From contig JBDRLS010000037.1 in NCBI GenBank assembly GCA_043812875.1, forward strand, positions 1-35,088: a stretch of DNA of 35,088 nt. Direction: 5' to 3'. The translations under genes were made by a program, and so were the position numbers. The stretch's first letter is position 1. The number at the start of each line of letters is the position of its first letter. Below are positions 8,391 through 16,046 of this stretch, in pieces. The DNA comes from Nanobdellota archaeon. GTDB lineage: Archaea; Nanobdellota; Nanobdellia; Woesearchaeales; JAHIVG01. The notes under the pieces are model-generated. The model made no database searches, was not told where the DNA came from, and saw nothing but the letters and a program-made list of their open reading frames with translations.

Positions 8391-9122
8391 CTACCACAGA
8401 TTCATCCCTTTGATGAAGCTTGCGCACGAGATTGGCTTCTCGACGCGCTCGAAGTCGCCGCGCCGGATGGCTGAGAACAAGGATTTAAGATCCTTAATCT
8501 CGTCGTTCAGGAGGATTCCTGAACATCCCACCTGTTCCAGGAGAGTATGAGCATCCGAAGCAGCAATGCCCTTGAAGGGCAGACGTCTCACCAATGCTTT
8601 CGCAAGGTCATTCGCCTCTTTCATCCATGCGATGACGGGAAAGAGATTGATGAGATGCGCATTGAACACCTCGACTTCGTCGACCATGCCACAGAGCTCC
8701 TTGACCTTCTCCAATTCCTTGTTATTGATATACCGATATTTTGCAAATGGCAATCCTGTAACAGTTATGAATGGATGGGGAAGGATCGCTAATCCCCCCA
8801 GATCATGGATTGCATCTATTGCTTCACGCGCATCCTTAAAATCCTTGATCGGCTCCTGGCAGCCGAGCGCCAGGATATGATGGTCTGACATGATCTCCTG
8901 CGCGTGGACAATATATCCTATTGCATCTTTGTAGGTCACCTTAGCGAATAACCCCTGGTCGATCTCTTCTACACCGGGAAGCTTTTTCGCCTGGTCATAC
9001 GTATAGATCCAAGAATCAGCCCGTATTCGAGTCAATGAGGTTATCCCTCGAGAAAAGACATCGAGCAGCGCCTCTTTTGGATGCGTATTCGTCGGGTGGC
9101 AGTGAAGATCGGCAAGCTGCAT
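8391..9122 (-). CDS. PHP-domain metal-dependent phosphoesterase
   Basis: Motifs: MQLADLHCHP (HxH), SDHHILALG, LAILPHPF, GIAASDAHT. I trimmed the tracked ORF (to 9320) to the ATG at 9122. The upstream extension overlaps the pspC-like gene and looks non-coding. Confidence 0.75.
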   Translation of the reverse strand: MQLADLHCHPTNTHPKEALLDVFSRGITSLTRIRADSWIYTYDQAKKLPGVEEIDQGLFAKVTYKDAIGYIVHAQEIMSDHHILALGCQEPIKDFKDAREAIDAIHDLGGLAILPHPFITVTGLPFAKYRYINNKELEKVKELCGMVDEVEVFNAHLINLFPVIAWMKEANDLAKALVRRLPFKGIAASDAHTLLEQVGCSGILLNDEIKDLKSLFSAIRRGDFERVEKPISCASFIKGMNLW

Positions 9123-9198
9123 CACCACTTTCTTTTCTTGCTCCTTTAAGTATTTTGCCAAAAAATATTTATTTGACAATGATGCAACTCTTTTCAAT

Positions 9199-9387
9199 AT
9201 GCCAAAAAAACAACTCTTCCGGAGCACGAAGAACAGGGTCATCGCCGGCGTCTGCGGCGGCATTGGTGAATATTTCAATATCGATCCAGTCATCGTCCGA
9301 GTCGTCTGGGCCATTGCCACGATCGCAAGTTTCGGCGTCGGAATCCTTGCTTATTTCGCTGCATGGTTCATCATCCCTGAGAGATAG
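9199..9387 (+). CDS. PspC-domain membrane protein
   Basis: 62 aa. LFRSTKNRVIAGVCGGIGEYFNIDPVIVRVVWAI is the canonical PspC domain, followed by one TM helix. Confidence 0.85.
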   Translation: MPKKQLFRSTKNRVIAGVCGGIGEYFNIDPVIVRVVWAIATIASFGVGILAYFAAWFIIPER

Positions 9388-9780
9388 TCATTTCTTAAAA
9401 TCCAGCGCAGCAGAATTGATGCAATACCGCTTCCCTGTGGGCTTCGGGCCGTCGTTGAAGACATGGCCGAGATGACCCTTGCATTTCTTGCAGATGACCT
9501 CTGTGCGTTTCATGAGCAAGGATCTATCTTCCTTGAGATTGACTGTGCCCTTCTTTGCGTCCGAGAAGGAGGGCCAGCCGCAATGGGAGGGAAATTTTGT
9601 GTCTGAAGAGAACAGCACATTCCCGCACGCAGCGCAGACATACTCGCCTTTCTCTTCGTGGTTCCAGTACTTCCCGGTGAACGGGACCTCAGTGCCTTTC
9701 TCGCGCAGGATGTGGAACTGCTTCTTAGATAATTTCTCTTTCCAATTATCGTCAGAAATCATATCGTCATTTGAGGACAC
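9388..9780 (-). CDS. msrB: Peptide-methionine (R)-S-oxide reductase MsrB
   Basis: [37 protein letters not shown] and KRYCINS are present. The tracked start is a GTG at 9780. The ATG at 9762 is more likely, because the TATA box (9785-9792) is centred about 26 nt upstream of it. Confidence 0.9.
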   Translation of the reverse strand: MSSNDDMISDDNWKEKLSKKQFHILREKGTEVPFTGKYWNHEEKGEYVCAACGNVLFSSDTKFPSHCGWPSFSDAKKGTVNLKEDRSLLMKRTEVICKKCKGHLGHVFNDGPKPTGKRYCINSAALDFKK

Positions 9781-9784
9781 GGTC

Positions 9785-9792
9785 TATAAAAA
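9785..9792 (-). promoter_or_regulatory. TATA box for msrB (leaderless arrangement)
   Basis: The minus strand reads tttttata, about 26 nt upstream of the ATG at 9762. Confidence 0.45.
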
Positions 9793-9944
9793 TGTATGTT
9801 TGCATCAAGAAATTGCTCTCTGATCTGTTCTTCAGTGAGCACGGTTGTCTCGATGGTCAACCTTCTCGATACCCGAGAATTGCATTTGACTTGTAACAGA
9901 TTTATAATATTGAATGGCGCCCTCTGAGTAATCGATATTCCATA

Positions 9945-10130
9945 TTAACTGGCGATTGATCCATCAGAACAGATTCCTTCAAAAATGTCATTCCTGTTAA
10001 TCCCATTCTGATAAGGGATGAGTTCCCCAAGAAGATCCCTCACCATCTCGGCCTCATCTTCCGGAGCGGTTTTCAATGAAAACTGATGAACATATTCGAC
10101 TGTAGCTAGAGTTTCAATCTGTTTGTCCAT
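9945..10130 (-). CDS. Hypothetical small acidic protein
   Basis: 61-aa ORF. A TATA-like gttttataagg lies about 28 nt upstream of the ATG on the minus strand. Confidence 0.4.
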   Translation of the reverse strand: MDKQIETLATVEYVHQFSLKTAPEDEAEMVRDLLGELIPYQNGINRNDIFEGICSDGSIAS

Positions 10131-10371
10131 TGAAAAAAGAATCCAAAGCTACCTTATAAAACTTTCTTGGATTGGTGATGATGAAGAGGTCAGAGCAGTG
10201 CATTACCACCAAGGCACTGTAAGGGGAGGGATTCTGTTACCGATGATCATTAACAAGGCCACCGCATAGTAAATAAATTTTTCCTTCATTGAAATCACCG
10301 GGATATACTGAATGATTGGTATTTTTATAGTTTTTGGTTTTGCTCAGATCTGGAATACCACGGACAGGAGA

Positions 10372-10533
10372 TCACACCTGTCCAGTCTGCGTATACTTCT
10401 GCATCAGTCTTTCCATGATGATCTGAGGAGCATAGCCTTTCTTATTGACGGCTTTGATAAATTCATCATAAGTAGTGCGATCGATGTTCCAATCTAGTCT
10501 CATCTTCTGAGGTCCTTTCGGAGTTGCTGCCAT
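10372..10533 (-). CDS. Possible ribbon-helix-helix (CopG/Arc-like) small protein, 53 aa (below the ORF-track cutoff)
   Basis: My translation: MAATPKGPQKMRLDWNIDRTTYDEFIKAVNKKGYAPQIIMERLMQKYTQTGQV*. It shows a beta-strand/helix/helix pattern. A TATA-like ctttattaatc lies about 35 nt upstream. The opposite-strand tracked ORF 10312..10497 looks spurious. Confidence 0.35.
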   Translation of the reverse strand: MAATPKGPQKMRLDWNIDRTTYDEFIKAVNKKGYAPQIIMERLMQKYTQTGQV

Positions 10534-10685
10534 GATATCACCCAACGAAGAAAATACATTTCAGATTAATAAAGTCTTGCATTGAATAAACAAGGTTGAG
10601 ACAAGGAATTAAAAGAAAATAATGGACAGGCCGTGCAGAATAACAGATAAATATATATATACTCAATTACTCATGGCAAAGGCTA

Positions 10686-11600
10686 ATGAATATACCAGAC
10701 TCTTCAACAATGAATCGGAAAGATCAGCGAGAGTGGATGAAAAGAGAGTGTGCTCAGTATTTAGACAAGTTCATTAAAGTTCTTATGAAGTTAGACCAAG
10801 CAAATAGGATCAGAGACAAAATCAAAACAAGGAGAACTGCGGTCCTTGCTCAAGTCGGCCGAAATTTTGATGCCCTGAAATCAAACCAAGGTCTTTTACA
10901 GACCCTTCAGCGTCTTTATAATCAAGAATTGAGATTTATGAGGGTTATACTAAAAAAGGAGAAACAAGGAAGGGGATACCTTGCACAAGTACAAAGGAAA
11001 GTGAGCGGCCCAAAAAATGCATTATCAAGAGCCATTGATATTCTAAAAGAACATAAGGGTATTGCAAAATCATTATTTGAAGGAAAGGTAGTTGCCGGAG
11101 TAAATATTACAGCTCAAGAATTAAATCATGAAATACAAAATGAAATTAGGCTTTTAAGGAAAATGCAGAGACACATGGAGTTTCTCAAAGACAGAATGAA
11201 TAAGGAAAACCACTTTTTAATAAACCCGAATCTGCAACATTTCTCAGAGTTCTTACAGGCTTGGGATACAGAACTTCGTGAGGAAGAAAAGATGTTTGTT
11301 GAATTGCGCAAATATCATCCAAGAAGAGCTATTGTGAAACAAAAACTCTTCCAGAAGATTGCACAATCAGGAGGATTAGGCATCGGCTCGGCAGCCTTTA
11401 TCGCTATTCTTGTAGGATCATATGGATTTCTTGCGGGACCGGACGCGGGTTATAGTAGTCAAGAACTCCTAAAGATTATGGGAAATACTCTTGCTTATAG
11501 CTCGGTCATAATGACTGCTTTTTTTCTAATCGGCTTTACCAAAGAAACCTACGATAGCATAAAAAAGGAACTTCCCTTTGAGATACACTTGCGTGCATAG
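10686..11600 (+). CDS. Hypothetical coiled-coil protein with C-terminal transmembrane segments (AT-rich gene)
   Basis: 304 aa. It has a long heptad-like K/E/Q/L-rich N-terminal 220 aa, then GGLGIGSAAFIAILVGSYGFLAG and LAYSSVIMTAFFLIGF. GC is visibly lower than the neighbours; sampled 60-mers gave about 23-42% against about 53% in purF. Confidence 0.6.
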   Translation: MNIPDSSTMNRKDQREWMKRECAQYLDKFIKVLMKLDQANRIRDKIKTRRTAVLAQVGRNFDALKSNQGLLQTLQRLYNQELRFMRVILKKEKQGRGYLAQVQRKVSGPKNALSRAIDILKEHKGIAKSLFEGKVVAGVNITAQELNHEIQNEIRLLRKMQRHMEFLKDRMNKENHFLINPNLQHFSEFLQAWDTELREEEKMFVELRKYHPRRAIVKQKLFQKIAQSGGLGIGSAAFIAILVGSYGFLAGPDAGYSSQELLKIMGNTLAYSSVIMTAFFLIGFTKETYDSIKKELPFEIHLRA

Positions 11601-11617
11601 CGTTATTTTCTATTCTG

Positions 11618-11622
11618 AAAAA
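11618..11622 (-). terminator. Oligo-T tract directly after tRNA-Ala
   Basis: The minus strand reads TTTTT immediately 3' of discriminator A73, which fits an archaeal oligo-T terminator. No CCA is encoded. Confidence 0.4.
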
Positions 11623-11696
11623 TGGACAGACCGGGATTTGAACCCGGGGCAACCCGATTGCCAACCGGGCATTCTACCAGGCTGAATTATCTGCCC
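11623..11696 (-). tRNA. tRNA-Ala (anticodon GGC)
   Basis: The minus strand reads GGGCAGA-TA-ATTC-AGCCTGGTA-GAAT-G-CCCGG-TTGGCAA-TCGGG-TTGCC-CCGGG-TTCAAAT-CCCGG-TCTGTCC-A. This is a perfect 74-nt cloverleaf with the G3:U70 alanine identity pair and a canonical T-loop. Confidence 0.9.
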
Positions 11697-11776
11697 ATTG
11701 GATACAAGAAAACAGGAGGAAGTTTAAAAAGCTTGTGGCGGATAACATTTAAAAAGGGAAATCCCAAAGGAAGGCC

Positions 11777-12571
11777 ATGATGATCATGAAAGCCCTTCTT
11801 ATCTTAAGTCTCGCATTAGTCATCTCTGCCTGCGCCCCGTCTGAGCAAGAGATCATCTCCTGCACTGTCCATGCTGATTGCGTCCCAGAGCCCGCATGCC
11901 ATCCCATGAGGTGTATCAACGCGAAATTCGTAGAGCTCTATGAGAAACCAGAGATCTGCACGATGCAGTTCGACCCCAAAGCTGCATACGACAAGATTGA
12001 TTGCCTTTGTGTTGAAAGCACATGCACAAACAAGAATCTTGAACATATTCCTGAACCTCGTGATGAGAACGGCTGTCTATTCGAGCAAGGATACTATTGG
12101 AAAGAGCAGATCAGCGCATGCGTCCTCCCTGAAGAATTCACTGATAAAGAGATTGAACTTGCACTGTTGGCGATAAAGAAACAAGGCAGTTCAGCTGGTC
12201 TTGCCGTGATTGGCATTGAAGAGGCTGATTGCGAATTCTGCTATGATGTCCTCTTTGATCTTTATGGTGAAAAGTTGAGCGTCCGTGTGGATTCTGAAAA
12301 CCTCATCTATTCCTTTGAAGGGTGCGTCGAGGCCGGCAATCCAGTCATTGAAGAGTTCCCCCGGCGATGTAAAGTATCTGAAGGGAAATACTTCCTTGAT
12401 GAGATCACAGGCAGGACACGATGCAGTCTTGCGCCTGATCCAGGTCCGTGTAAAGCAGCCATGGAAAGGTTTTATTACAATGGCCGCAGATGCACGACTT
12501 TCACCTGGGGGGGATGCGACGGCATGGTGCCTTTCGAGACTCTTGAGTCCTGCTTAGAGACCTGTGAGTGA
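11777..12571 (+). CDS. Cys-rich secreted lipoprotein with a C-terminal BPTI/Kunitz-type serine protease inhibitor domain
   Basis: 264 aa. The signal peptide has a lipobox-like LVISAC, and there are about 24 Cys. The C-terminus CSLAPDPGPCKAAMERFYYNGRRCTTFTWGGCDGMVPFETLESCLETC (nt 12422-12565) matches the six-Cys Kunitz pattern, including GPCKA, (F/Y)YYN and GGC. Confidence 0.8.
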   Translation: MMIMKALLILSLALVISACAPSEQEIISCTVHADCVPEPACHPMRCINAKFVELYEKPEICTMQFDPKAAYDKIDCLCVESTCTNKNLEHIPEPRDENGCLFEQGYYWKEQISACVLPEEFTDKEIELALLAIKKQGSSAGLAVIGIEEADCEFCYDVLFDLYGEKLSVRVDSENLIYSFEGCVEAGNPVIEEFPRRCKVSEGKYFLDEITGRTRCSLAPDPGPCKAAMERFYYNGRRCTTFTWGGCDGMVPFETLESCLETCE

Positions 12572-12621
12572 ACGCAGACCCGACAGAAACCCTTATAAAC
12601 CATTTATAAGCAAAATAGGCT

Positions 12622-13152
12622 ATGGCCTGGCATGAGTTCATCACAAAAGAAAAGAGGTTGTGGCATGAACACTTCATCCCCAGCTTTATTGCAGGACTCG
12701 CAGTTGCGCTTCTCGCATTCATATTCCAGATCACTGTCGCGAACATCGTCCTCTTCGCCAGCGTCGGATCATCAGCCATCATCCTTACCCATGCCCACCA
12801 TCACCATCTGACCAAGTTAAGGACAACAATAGCGGCCTATCTCATCGCCATCATCTTCTCCATGAGCATCTACATTATAAACATGTATATGCCACTATCA
12901 CTCCCAGTAAGCATGTTCATCCTCATCTTCTGCGTCGCCATGCTCATGTATCTCCTCGACACATTCCACCCGCCAGCCATCACAGCCTCATTATCCTTCC
13001 TTCTCCTGGAACGCAGAGCTGTCGACCTCATCTACCTTTTTGTTGCGATCATCGCCATGTTCATCATGGTACGCCTCATCACCTATGTCCTCTCCCAGAA
13101 CCTGCCTATCCAGAAGTTCTTCCAAGAGTTTGTAAAAAAGCCTCGAACGTGA
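12622..13152 (+). CDS. HPP-family integral membrane protein
   Basis: 176 aa with four hydrophobic helices and the family-defining FHPPAITASL motif. The stop TGA (13150-13152) lies inside the MITE target-site duplication. Confidence 0.75.
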   Translation: MAWHEFITKEKRLWHEHFIPSFIAGLAVALLAFIFQITVANIVLFASVGSSAIILTHAHHHHLTKLRTTIAAYLIAIIFSMSIYIINMYMPLSLPVSMFILIFCVAMLMYLLDTFHPPAITASLSFLLLERRAVDLIYLFVAIIAMFIMVRLITYVLSQNLPIQKFFQEFVKKPRT

Positions 13153-13154
13153 AC

Positions 13155-13275
13155 GGCCGCGTAGAAAACCTGGTTCTTTTTGATCCTGGCGGTGTGCTTT
13201 TCTGATCACTCACCTTGCCATCTGCTGCTTAAACGGATCAAAAAGAATTTCACTTTATCGGTTTTCTACGCGGCC
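13155..13275. mobile_element. MITE-like element, copy B (121 bp)
   Basis: A perfect 16-bp TIR: ggccgcgtagaaaacc and ggttttctacgcggcc. The inner arm ttctttttgatcc pairs with ggatcaaaaagaa. Flanking direct repeats are acgtgaac (13147-13154) and aagtgaac (13276-13283), matching 7/8. Confidence 0.7.
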
Positions 13276-13289
13276 AAGTGAACCAAAAC

Positions 13290-13298
13290 TTATATAAA
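13290..13298 (+). promoter_or_regulatory. TATA box for purF (leaderless arrangement)
   Basis: ttatataaa is centred about 27 nt upstream of the ATG at 13321, and 15 nt downstream of the MITE end. Confidence 0.5.
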
Positions 13299-13320
13299 CA
13301 ACTCACGGTTCAACCTGCAC

Positions 13321-14763
13321 ATGTGTGGTGTGATCGGTCTATTCGCTGACAGCCCTGTAGCGAAAGACCTCTGTTCTGGCCTTTTAGTTATACAGCATCG
13401 CGGCCAGGATTCTGCGGGCATTGGGACATTTGATGAGAAATTCCATATCCGAAAAGGAAACGGCCTTGTCCCCCAGATACTCAGTGAGCGTTCTATAGCC
13501 CATTTCAAGGGGAATATGGGCATCGGACAAGTGCGCTATCCCACAATCGGCGGCGGCTGTTCCCAAGATGCCCAGCCATTTCTCGTGAATTCTCCCTATG
13601 GCATCCTCATGGTCCATAACGGCAACATCACCAATTATTATGAGCTGAAAGAAGAGCTTCTCACCAAGAACAAACGCATCCTCGAATCAGAGAACGATGT
13701 CGAAGTCGTCCTGAATGTATTCGCAGATGAGCTCGCGCACCAGGAGCTGAACGGCCTCTCTCCTGAGCAGGTATACAATGCAGTTGACGGGGTCTTCAAA
13801 CGGGTCAAGGGGGCCTATTCCTGCATTAGCATCATCGCGGGCAAAGGAATGGTCGCCTTCAGGGACCCTTATGGGATAAGGCCGTTGATCATGGGCCGCC
13901 GAGGCAATGAGTATGCTTTTGTCTCTGAAACAGCTGCCCTCGATTACCTAGGATATACGTATGTCAAAGATGTCGGACCAGGAGAGGTCATCTTCATCGA
14001 CCAACAACGGAAGGTCCATAGCAAGACCGTCCGCCACGAAAAGCATCATCCATGTATCTTTGAGATCATCTATTTCGCCCGCCCGGATTCCCTCATCGAT
14101 AAGATCAGCGTCTATAAATCACGGCTCCGCATGGGGACAGAACTCGCAAAACTGTGGAAAGAATCTGGATTTGAGGCCGATGTCGTCATTCCTGTCCCCG
14201 ATACCTCAAGACCGGCTGCGCTCGCCTTCGCTGAAGAGACAGGCATCAAGTACCGTGAAGGGTTCATCAAGAACAAATACGTCCACCGCACATTCATCAT
14301 GTCAAGCCAAGAGAAGAGGACAAAGAGCGTCAAGGAAAAACTCAATCCACTGCAGCTCGAGATCAAAGGGAAGAATATCGCTGTGGTCGACGACAGCATT
14401 GTCCGCGGCACCACCTCGAAGAAGATCGTCGAACTCCTCCGTGAGACAGGCGCGAAAAAGGTCTACTTCATATCAAGCGCACCTCCACTCATATCGCCCT
14501 GTGTCTATGGCATCGACATGCAGACGAGGAAGGAGCTCATCGCCCATGGAAAGAAGATGGAAGAAATAAAAGATTACATCGGCGCCGATGGACTGATATA
14601 TCAGACGATACCCGGGCTCATCAGGGCATGTCATGAGGGAAATCCCGAGATCACCCAATTCTGCACCGCCTGCTTTGACGGCAACTATCCGACCAAAGAT
14701 GTCACTCCTGATATGCTTGCACAGATTGAGGAGAAACGCTCATGCAAGAAACAGTCCTCTTGA
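13321..14763 (+). CDS. purF: Amidophosphoribosyltransferase (glutamine PRPP amidotransferase)
   Basis: 480 aa. It has the MCGVIGLF N-terminal nucleophile, HRGQDSAGI, MVHNGNITN, the PRTase loop VVDDSIVRGTTS, and C-terminal CTACFDGNYP. Confidence 0.95.
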   Translation: MCGVIGLFADSPVAKDLCSGLLVIQHRGQDSAGIGTFDEKFHIRKGNGLVPQILSERSIAHFKGNMGIGQVRYPTIGGGCSQDAQPFLVNSPYGILMVHNGNITNYYELKEELLTKNKRILESENDVEVVLNVFADELAHQELNGLSPEQVYNAVDGVFKRVKGAYSCISIIAGKGMVAFRDPYGIRPLIMGRRGNEYAFVSETAALDYLGYTYVKDVGPGEVIFIDQQRKVHSKTVRHEKHHPCIFEIIYFARPDSLIDKISVYKSRLRMGTELAKLWKESGFEADVVIPVPDTSRPAALAFAEETGIKYREGFIKNKYVHRTFIMSSQEKRTKSVKEKLNPLQLEIKGKNIAVVDDSIVRGTTSKKIVELLRETGAKKVYFISSAPPLISPCVYGIDMQTRKELIAHGKKMEEIKDYIGADGLIYQTIPGLIRACHEGNPEITQFCTACFDGNYPTKDVTPDMLAQIEEKRSCKKQSS

Positions 14764-16046
14764 TCGGAAACGGGGCAAGGGAACATGCGCTGGCCGAGGC
14801 ACTCTCCAAGGATCATGCGCGGATCATCGCGCTGATGTCCGCCAATAACCCGGGCATCATAGGACTTTCTGCAAAGCAATACATCGGAGCGTTTGATGAT
14901 AAGGCGATCTTGAAGAGGATCATCGAAGATGAAAAGCCGACCTTCGCGGTCATCGGACCTGAAGCACCTTTAGGCAGGGGAGTGGTTGATGTCCTGCAGG
15001 CAATGGGCGTCCAATCAGTCGGCCCGGTCGCGGAGCTCGCTAAGCTCGAGACAAGCAAGGCATTCACCAGGCATCTCATGGAGAAATACAAGATTGACGG
15101 GATGCCCCGCTGGCGCGCCTTCAAGTCTTTGCACGAGATTGTCTCGTTCATCAACGACATCGGAACCGTTGTCATCAAGCCGGACGGATTGACCGGGGGC
15201 AAGGGCGTCTGGGTGCAGGGAGAGCATTTCTCAACGACACAGGATGCTGTCGACTATTGCAAGACTGTCTTAGAAACGCACCATAGCGTCGTGGTGGAAG
15301 AGAAGCTTGAGGGCGAGGAATTCTCGTTGCAATGCCTGACAGATGGAACTCATGTCATAGCAACTCCCCCGGTCCAAGATCATAAGCGCGCTTTTGAAGG
15401 AGACTCAGGGTCGAACACCGGAGGAATGGGCTCCTATTCCTGTGAGGATCATCTTCTTCCCTTTCTCAGACAAGAACACGTCGATACCGCGCTCAAGATA
15501 ACCCTACAGATGGTGGATGCATTGTACAAGGAGACCGAAAAGCGTTTCAAGGGCGTCATGTACGGCGGCTTCATCCTCACCAAGGATGGTGTAAAACTCA
15601 TCGAATACAACGCCCGTTTTGGAGATCCAGAGGCCATGAATGTCCTGCCCCTCCTTGAAACAAGCTTCGTCGATCTCTGCAGGGCAGTCATCGACGGAAA
15701 ACTCGACAAGCTTGACGTGACATTTGCCAAGAAGGCCACGGTCTGCAAATACGTCGTTCCCAAAGGGTATCCAAGAAAGCCGTTGAAAGGAGAAAAAATC
15801 ATCATTGGCAAAAGCCCTGCCAGGGTGTATTACGCATCCGTCGACAAGCGGGATGATGGACTCTATCTCTTGGGATCGCGCGCCGTCGCATTCGTCGGGG
15901 TCGCAGACAGCATTTCTGAAGCCGAACAGATCGCCCAGCAGGGTGTTGAATCTGTCCAAGGACCGATCTTTTTCAGGAGCGATATCGGCACAGAGAAGCT
16001 CTTGCAGAAACGGATAGGGCATATGAAAGAAATAGTCTCAAATTAA
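14742..16046 (+). CDS. purD: Phosphoribosylamine-glycine ligase
   Basis: 434 aa with VLLIGNGAREHALAEAL, VIKPDGLTGGKGV, EEKLEGEEFS and LIEYNARFGDPE. It overlaps purF by 22 nt. Confidence 0.95.
   Translation: MQETVLLIGNGAREHALAEALSKDHARIIALMSANNPGIIGLSAKQYIGAFDDKAILKRIIEDEKPTFAVIGPEAPLGRGVVDVLQAMGVQSVGPVAELAKLETSKAFTRHLMEKYKIDGMPRWRAFKSLHEIVSFINDIGTVVIKPDGLTGGKGVWVQGEHFSTTQDAVDYCKTVLETHHSVVVEEKLEGEEFSLQCLTDGTHVIATPPVQDHKRAFEGDSGSNTGGMGSYSCEDHLLPFLRQEHVDTALKITLQMVDALYKETEKRFKGVMYGGFILTKDGVKLIEYNARFGDPEAMNVLPLLETSFVDLCRAVIDGKLDKLDVTFAKKATVCKYVVPKGYPRKPLKGEKIIIGKSPARVYYASVDKRDDGLYLLGSRAVAFVGVADSISEAEQIAQQGVESVQGPIFFRSDIGTEKLLQKRIGHMKEIVSN

Noticed and set aside
9123-9320. N-terminal 66-codon extension of the PHP gene in the ORF track (8391..9320).
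   Set aside because: The PHP domain begins right at MQLADLHCHP (ATG at 9122). The extension overlaps the well-supported pspC-like gene on the other strand and crosses an AT-rich promoter region.
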